Below are positions 39,648 to 51,462 of a stretch of 64,000 nucleotides of DNA, one piece after another. The DNA is taken from the NCBI RefSeq assembly GCF_006345805.1, contig NC_042998.1:49724001-49788000 (forward strand), read 5' to 3'. Positions within the stretch are counted from its first letter, which is position 1; every line of letters starts with the position of its first letter. Made by a program: the position numbers and the translations under genes. The notes under the pieces are model-generated. The model saw nothing but the letters and a program-made list of their open reading frames with translations. It made no database searches and was not told the origin of the DNA. Origin of the DNA: Octopus sinensis. Lineage: Eukaryota.

Positions 39648-40043
39648 TATTCTTTTCTACTCTAGGTACAAGGCCCGAAATTTTTGGGGAGAGGACCAGT
39701 CGATTACATCGACTCCAGTACGCAACTGGTACTTAATTTATCGATCCCGAAAGGATGAAAGACAAAGTCGACCTCGGCGAAATTTGATTCAGAACGTAAC
39801 GGCAGACGAAATACCTATTTCTTTACTAACCACAAGGGGCTAAACACAGAGAGGACAAACAAGGACACACAAACGGATTAAGTCAATTATATCGACCCCA
39901 GTGCGTAACTGGTACTTATTTAATCGACCTCAAAAAGATGAAAGGCAAAGTCGACCTCGGCGGAATTTGAACTCAGAACGTAACGGCAGACGAAATACCG
40001 CTAAGCATTTCGCCCGGTGTGCTAGCGTTTCTGCCAGCTCACC
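39648..40043 (-). mobile_element. SINE A dimer: first unit tail type 1, terminal unit tail type 2
   Basis: Head ends at about 40043; junction gacgaaatacc-tatttctttac near 39815; terminal tail is the reverse complement of ccaaaaatttcgggccttgtacctagagtagaaaagaata. Confidence 0.85.
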
Positions 40044-40543
40044 AGAAGAGATTAATAACACCAAGAAACGGCCAAAGCTGGTCACACCATTTTCAGTATT
40101 TGTTGGGGGCTCAGAAATGTGAGAGCGATATGATCTCAAGCGCAAGCAAAAGATCCCCGAAATCTCTAATACCATTGCTAGCATATCTGGTTTTACATCA
40201 GTGGCCTCCTTCAGACATGCTTTAATAAAAACTGAGGAGTGCCTCACTCCCAGGGCTCTTCCAGGATGCCAGACACCAACTCGGAATTTCTGTGCGCCCG
40301 TTCTATTGCTAGATAGTCCTTGAGCATACACTGGGTTCATCCGTCCCTTTGTTAAGTCTTGTTTTTAGTTCTGCTGGGTTTCGAGCAAATCTTCTCGCCC
40401 TTCTCATCCCTGGTGGAGGTGTTGGTTTAGTCGATTACGACCCGACCATGCAACAGGCTGTACAGGATTCTATGTTATCAATAGCACTGTTAAGAGACTA
40501 CACAAATGACCTTTCTCTCTCTCTCTCTCTATCTCATCTACCA

Positions 40544-40603
<60 letters not shown>

Positions 40604-40629
40604 TGAACACCACATGGAATTAATGTCTC

Positions 40630-40990
40630 CACACTATCCATTTGAAATAACAAAATGTGAACTCCTATCGGAGTTTACATATCATGCACAAGAAGTCTTT
40701 CTACCCATTCTTCACAGCATTTTCCTTGGATAATGATAATGGGACTGTAACTGTAACATCCAATATATATTTTAATTTTTATTATCTTATTTCCCTTTAT
40801 ACTTCCTATATCTCTCCCATTCCAAAATAACTTCTTATATTGAATTCTACTATTTCCCCTCTATTTAAATCTCTCGTATACTCTCTGATGATGGGATAAC
40901 CTTCATATCCATGAAACAGCTGTAAGACTACCTTTCTCTTTATAAATGTCCTAGAAATTTCACACGGCCTTGGCTTTGTTGTATCATTTT
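40630..40990 (+). mobile_element. Penelope-like 3' end / pseudo-LTR remnant
   Basis: TKCELLSEFTYHAQEVFL resembles the NKRSELxxxCxHxxKFLL end of PLE ORFs (weak); T-rich UTR; hammerhead-like motif at 40879-40930. Confidence 0.5.
40879..40930 (+). ncRNA. Degenerate minimal hammerhead ribozyme
   Basis: UCU-CUGAUGA-UG(GGAUA...UAUCC)AU-GAA-ACAGCUGU-A-AGA. Confidence 0.45.
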
Positions 40991-41806
40991 ATTTAACACA
41001 CACACACACACACAAACACGTATATAGAATAATAAGACAAAGGAAAACCTTTGTTGTAGCGCACCTAATTAGTGCTCAATACGAGCAAAATATAACAAAG
41101 ACAGATTTTCGTAGTTCAAGTTCCTTTATCATGGGAATACAAAGTACATAAAAATCAATTGAGATGTTGGGTTTCAAGCGATCCAGTATTACAATCCAAA
41201 GAAAAGCTGTATTACGAAAACCTTACGATCGTTTCGAGGAATACGTTTGTACCGGGCTAGTTTTCCAGCCGAAACAAATGGTCTCATTTCTCTCATTAGA
41301 GGTACAAATAAATCAATTAAAATAGTTTAAAAATTGAGAAAGCTTAAAATATCTCCTACTTACAGAACTTGGAGTCATACTGAGTAATGTTATATATATA
41401 TACTTTTTTTTTAAATGTTATAGTATTTTTTAAAAAGTTCGCAAGGATATAGAAAGGCTTTGTGAAGTGAAAAAAAGTTGTGAAGTAAAACATTTGTGCG
41501 AAAGAAAACAAAATTTTAAATATTTGTAAAAATAAAATAAAATGAGGACTCAAATTTCGGGTTAAACCTGGTTGACCATATAAGACAGTTGGACTGCTGA
41601 TAATTAAAGATAGTTTATTTTACACCTGCCATAAAGGCCTAACGCAAAGACAAACAAGGCACTTATGTGAGGAGTAAAAACAAAAGCGAATGAGCAGATG
41701 AAAGTGAAGAATGAATAATGGAATGACGGCCGCTCGAATCCCACACTTCGAGCGATCTCATTGAACCTTTTACGTTTTGTTCTGAATTTCAAAATTTGTC
41801 ATTAAT

Positions 41807-42018
41807 CTTTTACTCTTTTACTCATTTACTTGTTTCAGTCATTTGACTGTGACCATGCTGGAGCACCGCCTTTAGTCGAGCAAATCAACACCAGGACTTA
41901 TTTTTTGTAAGCCTAGTACTTATTCTATTGGTCTCTTTTGCCGAACCGCTAAGTTACGGGGACGCAAACACACCAGCATCGGTTGTCAAACGATGTTGGG
42001 GGACAAACACAGACACAT

Positions 42019-42068
<50 letters not shown>

Positions 42069-42238
42069 CATACATATATACGATGGGCCTCTTTTAGTTT
42101 CCGTCTACCAAATTCACTCACAAGGCTTTGATCGGCCCGAGGCTATAGCAGAAGACACTTGCCCAAGGTGCCACGCATTGGGACTGAACACGGAACCATG
42201 TGGTTCGTAAGCACTTACCACACAGCCACTCCTGCGCC
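41807..42238 (-). mobile_element. SINE B, full length
   Basis: Reverse complement of the complete SINE B sequence. Confidence 0.92.
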
Positions 42239-42244
42239 TACTTC

Positions 42245-43140
42245 TTGTTTTTTTTTTTCTTTTTTTTAAAAGAAATTTATGGTGGTGAAGGTTGGCGGCC
42301 TCCAGAGATCCCTTCATCCCTGGCGACCGCATTACTAACACCACCTTACCAATTCCTTCCCTTTTTTTAAAATCAGCAATAGTCTCTTATATCAAAACAA
42401 CTTACGCTTTACAATTAATTCTGAATTTCAAATTTCGTTCTTGTTTTTCGTTTTTGTTTTAGTCACTTTTATATAAAAAAAATATTACAACTTCCTTTAT
42501 CCTCTGGTCAATTCCTTTCTACGCGTATCTTTTAATCAAAAATCATATCCACTGCGTGGGGACTGGGGGGGTTGTGGGTCCTGGATGAATGTTTGTGTTA
42601 CTGTAGGATTAGCATTGGGGTCGATGCCAGGAGGGGTAGGGTGGGTAGTGGTGTTTGGAAGGATAGGGAGGGGAAAGGAGGAACTAGGTTGGGGTGGGTT
42701 GGGGTGGGATTCATTGTCGCTGTTATTAGTCCTTCTTTTGTTCTTCCTCTTTCTTGCTGCTGCTGTCCATTCTTTTTCATTTTCAACCTACTTACAAGGC
42801 TCCTCATAGGATTCTGCTATTCGCTTTGCTGCCATGGCAGGTGGCTGCACGCTCTCCTTCGTTATGGTCTCCGTAACTTTCACAAGGGGTGGAGTGCAAT
42901 CAGCCTTTATGCGGGCCTTCTGGCAACGCTTAAAGCAGCGAGGTCTGCCGTCCACCACGATCCTCAATCTTTTTCCGCCTACCAGAATGGTGTCAATCAT
43001 AATATCTAAATACTCTGGGGCAGCCTGAACAATCACGTCGAGCCCCTGCCCCAGCCAGTTCTACGCTGGCATCCTAGTTGCTTGGAAGATTGAAATTCTC
43101 TCCTCCACGCCAAGAGTCATTGCGGTCACTGCCCAGGCCA
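42245..43140 (-). pseudogene. L1/Tx1-type ORF1 C-terminal half (inverted)
   Basis: WLGQGLDVIVQAAPEYLDIMIDTILVGGKRLRIVVDGRPRCFKRCQKARIKADC aligns with WLGRNINILIQGTPEDL...RVQVEGR...CYACGKKGHIRVDC of the 18.8-kb element. Confidence 0.7.
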
Positions 43141-43149
43141 CATTAACTC

Positions 43150-43870
43150 CAATTCATGGCTAAGCAAGTTGGAACATCTGCTCTTTCGCTTCTTGTAGAA
43201 GGGTAGCGGTCCTCTTGTAAGGCGCTCTGTCTGCTGCCAACATCCGCTAAAGAGTGGGCTAGGGATGCCTTGGCTGTTGATGCGCAGAAATGCGCTGAGG
43301 CTGAGGCATCTGTGGCTCTACCTGGATGGTGAACAGGTGTGGCCTCCGTTCGTCAAATCGCTACTTCCTAGGTTTACTAGTTTCAGTGAACTAGAACCGT
43401 GGATCAAGCGTAGACCTTAGTTGGGAGACTGGTAAGCGGAGTGCCGCAAGGCACTCTCGCTTCTCTCTCGCACGGCTAACGCCAGCAGCGGAGATTCCAC
43501 CTCGTCATTCTATAAAAGGCTGGTAGAGGCTAAGTATGACGACGACCTGGGGAAGACCCTGGGCCTCGACGAGAGTCATCTGGCCTGTTCCGAAGGACTT
43601 TCAGGCCAGGACCTTTGGGATAACATCAAAAGATATCTGGCTTGGCAATGTTACTGAGGAGCCTTGCAAGTTCGAGATAAACTCACGAAGCATGGTGCTT
43701 CTTGTTCACCCATGTGTCCAAGATCCGAGCAGGACAGGGAAACCGTTCTCCACGCGATTGTGCAGTGCCCGAAAATTTCAGAAATGCTGGTTTACGTCGA
43801 ACAACTGTTGTCACGGTTAGGAAGAGTACAACTGTCTTCCGAGTTAATTTTAAAGATTGTTTCTCCTGTT
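43150..43870 (+). pseudogene. L1/Tx1-type ORF2 C-terminal fragment
   Basis: WLSKLEHLLFRFL, VRRSVCCQHP..GLGMPWL, CPRSEQDRETVLHAIVQCP; closely related to 23030-23750. Confidence 0.88.
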
Positions 43871-44042
43871 TCGATGGATTTTTAAAATGTATTTTGTATT
43901 CCCATGATAAAGGAACTTGACCAACTTTGATTTTTGTTATATATATATATATATATATAAATTCAGGGTGAGTACTTGATAATTGTAAGCACCTGTATAT
44001 ACCGTTTGGTGGTGTAGGTGGTGGAGTAAATTAATCAAAATA

Positions 44043-44650
44043 AAAACATGATGCCAAGGATTCAGCGGTACATATGTTTCGGTCCTTTATTAGACGGATT
44101 TATAACAATGCATAATGTGTGTCTATGGCCTTCTTCAGCCGCGCACAACTACTACTTCAAGGACATGTATTACATCAAAAATTCTACGTTGGGGATGCAA
44201 ATCCTCTCATTCGCGTACGACATAATGCGGCAACAGCATAAAAATGAAGCGTCCATCTCGTCCTTCTCTCAATGTAGAATGAGGAAGTTTGTATGTTGCG
44301 GTAATATAAATAAATGAATAAATAAATATATACATATATAAATACAGACAGACGTGAAGGAACCTGGTAATAAGAGCAAATAGGGATAAAGATGGAGGGG
44401 CGAGAATTCAGGACGAAGGATAAAAAAAATATATAAAAAGTGTAAGTATAGAAAAATATAAAAATGTAGAGTATAAAGATATAAAGAGATATAAAAAGAT
44501 ATATAAAAAAATATAAAAAAATATAAATGAATATAAAGGTATAAAGTTATAAAAAAATAGAAGGCCATAGACACACATTATGCATTGTTATAAATCCGTC
44601 TAATAAAGGCCCAAAACATATGTACCGCTGAATCCTTGGCATCATGTTTT
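44043..44650. mobile_element. Fold-back element with 92-bp terminal inverted repeats, probably an inverted PLE pseudo-LTR
   Basis: Arms 44043-44134 / 44559-44650 with 2 mismatches; the left arm carries a hammerhead motif on the minus strand. Confidence 0.75.
44065..44142 (-). ncRNA. Candidate type-I hammerhead ribozyme
   Basis: GCGG-CUGAAGA-AGGCC(AUAGAC...GUCUA)AUAAAGGACC-GAA-ACAUAUGU-A-CCGC. Confidence 0.55.
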
Positions 44651-44829
44651 TATATATATATATATATATATATTAAGCACATGTACACGTCACTCTTGAA
44701 GTAATTCCTTCTAGCCTTAGAAAGTGCACATAAAAACATATCTCGAACACACGCACACACACATATATCTCTTGTGAGATGGATAGCAACAGCAACAACA
44801 ACAACAACAACAACAATAATAATGCTTTC

Positions 44830-45080
44830 TAATCGATGTGTCAATACCAACAACTGAAAATGTTTCTCTAAAAGAAACGGAAAAACTTTCAAATTACAAA
44901 GACCTGGAAAAAGTCGAATGTGGAATCTAGAAAAAGAAACAATTCCTATTATAGTAAGTGCATTAGGTATGGTAAAAAACAAAAAAACAATAAAAAACAT
45001 TCAGACAAATGCATAACAAAAGCATCAGGTATATATATAACACAGAAAATAGCACTACTCGGCACCTACGTAAAACACAT
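44830..45080 (+). pseudogene. R4/Dong-type 3' fragment
   Basis: ENVSLKETEKLSNYKDLE...WNLEKETIPIIVSALGMV, same family as 55.6-56.0 kb. Confidence 0.75.
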
Positions 45081-45109
45081 TTAATACTGTGAATAATAAT
45101 AATAATAAT

Positions 45110-45640
45110 AATATGTCTTCTGATCTTAACTGATTGGAAGTGTTATTATGTACCTTGTTTTGCGTTGGTATAAAAGATGTGCTACAGCAAATATTTTGCT
45201 CAATACCACAGATTTGCTTGTTTAGTTGCTTGGCCTTAACCAGTTGAGCATATCACTTTGTGGTTGACGATATGGCATCTCTGATCATGAGCAGAAGTAG
45301 TGGGGGTGCATCATAGCCATGTATTGAGAGGAATTCTTTGGGATTTGAATAATTCACCTTTGGAAACATAGGTGTTTTGTTCAACATCCTTAAACAACCC
45401 TTATTCGGAGACCTTTTGAGCGGAATGGATTACTCGACCTGAAGAAAATTCTAACTGGGCTCCACCTGCAATGTCATGCGCTGTTTATCTTGATATGAGA
45501 TCACTATGTCGCACACTTATGGTTGTGATGCGTGTGCCTAGTGTACACTTATCAGACGGGTAGTTATGATGGGTATACTGGGCGTCGTATATTTTACCCC
45601 AGTGTCACTTTGATGGCATGCACTGCTCTCTCACTCAATA
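45110..45640 (+). mobile_element. Interspersed retroposon family C (unclassified)
   Basis: 3' 155 bp recur in reverse at 37728-37880; begins after (AAT)n and ends ctcactcaata. Confidence 0.65.
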
Positions 45641-46008
45641 AATGTTAGTAACTTAATTACTGAAATATGTAATCTTGACAGAAAAATGCAAAAACTGTTG
45701 AGAATGCATAGCATGCACTACTCTATGGCAGATATAGACCGATTTTACTTGCCAAGAAAAGAGGGTCACCGTGGACTTTTACAACTGGAATATACAAAAA
45801 CTCACACTCATATGTGTATGCACGTGCGCGTAAGTGTGCGTGTTTGAGTACGTGCATGTGTTTATACATATATATATATATATATAATATATAATATATA
45901 TATATATAATATATATATATATATGCACACACACAGATATATAAGCACCCCATATATATACTATATATATATATTTACGTATATATATACACGTATATAT
46001 GTATATAT

Positions 46009-46068
<60 letters not shown>

Positions 46069-46078
<10 letters not shown>

Positions 46079-46380
46079 AAACAAGTCAAAAATAGAAAAT
46101 GCTAAGATAATTTTATAGTGAATCTTTCAGAGAAAAATTAGAAGAAAAGTTTTTTTAAAAGAATATTTCTGTAGTAGTGTTCAGATATAAGTAGCATTCT
46201 GCCTTTCTCTGACTCCTTGAAGTGCAAACAAGGGAGTCAGAGAAAGGCAGAATGCTACTTATATCTGAACACTACTACAGAAATATTCTTTTAAAAAAAC
46301 TTTTCTTCTAATTTTTCTCTGAAAGATTCACTATAAAATTATCTTAGCATTTTCTATTTTTGACTTGTTTTTTCATATAT
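46069..46380. repeat. Perfect 148-bp inverted repeat with 16-nt spacer
   Basis: 46069-46216 is the reverse complement of 46233-46380; no mismatch found by eye. Confidence 0.9.
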
Positions 46381-46499
46381 ATCAACTCGTGTGTTCATTT
46401 CCACCCTTATACATATATATATATACACGTATATATGTACGTATATATACTTACATAGGCGCACTCACACACACAAACACGTTATATGTGTGTGTTAGA

Positions 46500-46532
<33 letters not shown>

Positions 46533-47176
46533 GGATTTTTCTCATTAATTCTTAGCTAATTGATTTATCTGCTATTAACCCTTCCACCACATACTAATTA
46601 AGAGCATTCTTGAGTTCTCATATGTAATAAACTTTATTAAATCAATTCTCTATTAACATATGTTACATTTAGATTAATAATTATGTTTTGCTAGAGAATT
46701 TAATCCGATTCTATACTTAATTTTATGAGTGCGTTCTTTATCATTGAAAATGGATTGAAAGAGTCGTGCTGACGTATAAATTTCAGAAGATGTCATCGAC
46801 TATTGTTTGCGATTTTGATGCCTATAGAAAGATTTTGGGTTTTTCAGTATTTTCTAGTGAATATTATATGATATTGCTATATACTTTCCGACTGTTAATA
46901 AATTATGTGATAAACGAAGATGGAGAACCGAATTTAACTTTCCATTGTACATTCCACTTCGTCATATATATATATAATATATATATATATAATATATATA
47001 TATATATATGTTGTGTGTGTGTGTGTGTTGTGTTTATATGTATGAATGTACGGATGCTTCATACATACCTACATGCATGCATACACACACATAAATATAT
47101 ATCTTTATGCATATACATATATATATATATAATATATATATAATATATCATAATATAGATAATATATATATATTAG

Positions 47177-47211
<35 letters not shown>

Positions 47212-47319
47212 ATAGTTTTTATGAGATCTCCTTTTTAGTAGAAGAAATAGCTATAACCTTGACTGCTATTTTAATTCGGTATGTGGTAAGGCAACTCGTT
47301 GCTAAACCTTATGCCTAGT

Positions 47320-47391
<72 letters not shown>

Positions 47392-47639
47392 GTAGTATTT
47401 ATGTATGTATGTATGTATGTATGTATGTATAATGTATGTACACGTATATATTACACGCACGGGAATGGGCTAAAACGTTGACTATGAAGGAATGATGCTA
47501 GTGTTGTGAAATCTTGCATGCATTAATTTCAACTCATTTTATTAATAACTGCACTGTTTGTTTCAAGGTCAACTGATATCTGACTGTTCAAAGAAGGCTT
47601 CAAAAGTTACTAGTAGCGTCTGCTCTGGAAAAATCGACA

Positions 47640-48390
47640 AAACGTAGCATCATGGAGTTATCGAATATCTCCCAAGGATATTCATGCTGACATGGTTACT
47701 TCATTAGGGGATGACGTTCCGGATTGATCAATAGAACAAAAGTGGGCAGCAAAATTTAGGAGGGGAAGAGAGTGTTTTGAAGATGACCTAAGGTATGAAC
47801 GTCCTGTAACTTACACCACCAAAGAAAACATTGATTGTGTTCGCCACATGGTTATGGGTGATAGGCTATTGCCTATAAATCAAAGAGCCAATGCTGTTAG
47901 CATATCCCGTGAGAGAGTTGAGAATATTCTGCACAATGAACTTGGCATGACGAAAGTCTTTGCTCTGTGGATACCACTTTTTCTGGCACCTGGTCAAAAG
48001 CGCACAAGGCTGATTACATCACAGCAAAATCTGACATTGTTTGGAGGTGATCCAGCTGGTTTCCTCGAACATATCCTAAGCAAGGATGAGCGTTGGCTTC
48101 ATCCATTTGAGCCAGAGACAAAGAGACAATCCATGCAATGGAAACACCCAAACTAGGCCAAGGTCATTTCATCTTCAGGGAAGTTGATGGCCTCAGTTTT
48201 GGGGGATGCAAAAGGCATTGTGTTTATTGACTATCTTCAAAAGTACTTCACTATCAATGGAGAGTACTATGCCAAGTTTCTGAGGCAGTTACGAAAGGAT
48301 ATCAAGCCCAAACGTCCAGGAAAACAGCCGAATGGGATCTTGACAAAATTTCAGTATACAAGTCCTTGGTTTCAATGACTGTTTTGCGTG
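47640..48390 (+). pseudogene. Mariner transposase pseudogene
   Basis: ORFs 47848-48156 (ILHNELGMTKV...WIP...DERWLHPFEPETKRQSMQW) and 48184-48378 (MASVLGDAKGIVFIDYL...TINGEYY). Confidence 0.9.
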
Positions 48391-48997
48391 CCAGTTATAA
48401 TAATCCTTCTGAATCATCGCAAATGCTTAGAAGTTATAAAAATTAAAACACAGCGTTCTCTCCTTCAATTATTCTCAGCTTTAACCTCGTTGTCTTTCTA
48501 ACTGATCACACGTCTATTTTACGTTACAAAACTTCAGTTCATTCTGTAACCTTGAAAACTGAAAAATATTATTGATTATTGTATAAACGGCAAGAATGTT
48601 TAAACCATTCCTAAAAATGGAAGTATTCCACGATGTTGACAAACTGACTCAAGATGTTAGGTAGGCTTTGAATAAAATTTGGTTTCTATTTCTAGTAGGA
48701 AGTTAAGCCTCTCCTCAATGCGATATCCAAGCAGCTGTAATATTCAATGGCGTAATTCCAGAGCAATTTTAATACGTGTTAAATCTATTAACACTCATGA
48801 TTCAATTCCCTCAGAGCTGTGTTGTTTAATCCAGATAAACCATAATTAAACCGACCAAGGATCAAACGCGTGCCAGCAGCCGTCATAATTCATTTCCTAT
48901 TAGCTTAGAAAGCCTAGGTCCCCATTATCAAATACATATATACTTCTTTTGTTAAGAATGTAGCATTTTCTAAAAGACCATGAAGATGCTGTTGATA

Positions 48998-49868
48998 TAC
49001 GAAGTACTTTCAAATAATAACCAACTTTATTATTTCACACCAAAACAAATGCCGCGGGAACAACGTTCTTTGCATAAAAGGTGACGCCATCCTGCTTGCG
49101 CATGTATGAAAATTTTCGCGTCGGTAAGCCGCGAGAGTTCCTGCTTGTTACGCCCAGAGTACACTCGACTGATTTTCGTTTTCACGCAAGATGATCGAAT
49201 GCATCGGGCAGAGATAGTGCATCAAGTTATGCTAAAAGCTTGCTGATAGTCAAACTCCAATAACCCTGAAGATTCAGCGAGGCTTTAGTGATGATTCCAC
49301 GGGCAAAACTCAGATCAAGGAGTGGTACAACCGCTTCAAACCTGGCCGCATCTCACTTAGTGAAGTACGCTCAGGCAGGTCGTCCACAAGTCGAAAGGAA
49401 AAGCCGATTGAGAAGGTTTGGTAAATATTCATAGAATACCATCGCGTAACAATCTAGGAAATTACTCACGAAGTGGGAATAACCACATTCCAATTTAACG
49501 GAGGATTTGAACGTACCTCGTAATTCAAGCTTTTCTAATCAAGAACAAAATACCACTTTTTCGACAAGCTCCCAGCTCTCCCAACTTGGCACCGTGTGAT
49601 TTCTGGCTCTTCCTGAAACTGAAAACCACACTGAAAAGGAAGAGATTTGAGTCGCGAGAGGAAATTACGAGAAAAGTGACAGCGGAGTTCCTTATCATTC
49701 TAGAGAAGGTGTTGCAGAGGTGTTACAAGAGCAGTGGCAGAACCTTTGAGGGAAGTGTGTGAACTCCCAAATGGAGTATCTTGAAGACGATTAAATAAAA
49801 TCTGTGAAATATACAAAATTATTTGTTTTTCATGCCCAAAAGTTATGCATTTTGAACGCACCACATAT
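48998..49868 (+). mobile_element. Internally deleted mariner element
   Basis: QIKEWYNRFKPGRIS...SGRSSTS (N-terminus); SSPNLAPCDFWLFLKLKTTLKRKRF (YSPDLAPCDF motif); right end ttttgaacgcaccacata is TIR-like. Confidence 0.8.
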
Positions 49869-51202
49869 TCAAGTGGGCTAAACAACCACGTTGAGGTTTC
49901 ATTGCTGACTGTTTTTCTCTGCCTTTGGCTCGGTCCCTGCTATCTTATATGACATGGAAATAATACTATGTAAATTACAGTATGTTTGCATGTAAAAGAA
50001 AGAAAAAAATTAACGAACTTGACAAGGAAACATGATTTAATGAAGTAGGTTACAAGCTACATATTCAACCAATGAGATGGTAGAATTTGTGAAAAATTAC
50101 GATGTTTTTATACAAGTTCTAGTTTCAGCATTAATAAAACGATTTCGCGGAATTCTGGAAATACACCACACAAGAAATGAGTGATGTATTGTTTGTTTCA
50201 GTGAAGTTGTTAAGTTGCCTAAAATGTGGGACAAGAAGGATTGAAATTAATGGAGTTGCACAGTGTTCGATATCATTTTCCAATATTTCCCTCATTAGTA
50301 TTGATGATTATTTAAGAGATTTGGCAGGCGGTCAGCAGTGTAGACTTAGGAAGAATCACTTTTGATCGATCACTTATTAACCGTAAGAAGTACAATCGTG
50401 TCCTAAATTCCCGATAATCACATACGTGGATTTCAAAGCGACAGTTGATTTATAACGATCTTCATATATACGTACATGTGTATGTGTGCGTGCGTGTGTA
50501 ACTGTGCGTGCGTGAGCGAGTGTGTGTTAGTGTGTGTGTGTGTATGTGTATGTGTGTGTGTGTATGTGTGCGTGTGTGTGTGTGTATGTGTGCGTGTGTG
50601 TGTGTGAGTGTAATCTTGTGATAATAGTTAATGTTGGAGCGCTTTGGTGTTGGAAATTCTCTTCATTAGGCGAGATGTTTGTGTTTTCATCGATAAAATG
50701 GTATATTAGTTATTCAGACACATCTATTATTCAGAAATAATAAATCTGTATTCTCCTTATGTCCAGCTCAAACATTGCAGTTCTACACCCTAATGAAGTA
50801 TATTTCTATAATCTGGAGGTTTATTGCGTCATTATGTTCCACCAAGACGTACCTTTCTTCGAAATGTTAGATTGTCTTGGTATACCGTTTTTCGTGATGT
50901 GGATTTGTAAAATGTTATTCGGATAGTCTGGAGTGTACATGCTGTTCAATAGATTCCGGGTGTGTTTGTCAGCAAGTGCAATGTAATGTATTAACAAATT
51001 TTCGAGTATGCGCAAGTCGAGTAAGCCCCCCATCCCCGCTATCACTGTCTTGTGATTATCTCGCACCGAAGACGGGACACAATCCAGAAACCTAGGTCTA
51101 TAAATATCACGAAGAGATGGAGACGATAAACTCCCTTGGTGATGCTATACGGACTATACATACACACACCCCACACACACACACACACACACACATCTAT
51201 AT

Positions 51203-51260
<58 letters not shown>

Positions 51261-51364
51261 ATAAAAATGTATAAGACAACAAGAAAGAAAGAGACCTCGA
51301 TATTATGTAAATAGAGGAATTTATCTGTAAATGTAATATTTGTCAATTTTTTTTCAGATGGCCG

Positions 51365-51425
51365 GATAACTGAAGAGATGGCGGCGTGGATTTCCACCTC
51401 GGCATCCGAAACTTGGAGTTTTATC
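51365..51425 (+). ncRNA. Candidate type-I hammerhead ribozyme at the tip of a longer hairpin
   Basis: GAUAA-CUGAAGA-[stem II 51377-51407]-GAA-ACU(UGG)AGU-U-UUAUC; outer 30-bp arms 51322-51351 / 51436-51465. Confidence 0.65.
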
Positions 51426-51462
51426 ATGGCTACCGAAAAATTGTCACATATTACATTTACAG

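Noticed and set aside
40060-40400. L1 ORF1-like IERAHR motif on the minus strand
   Set aside because: A single short motif amid many stops; needs an HMM search to support.
41250-41280. ggctag...cagccgaaac hammerhead stem-II relic
   Set aside because: No CUGANGA core and no stem I or III.
50177-50365. Possible exon following a polypyrimidine/AG
   Set aside because: No recognisable protein similarity and no clear donor site.
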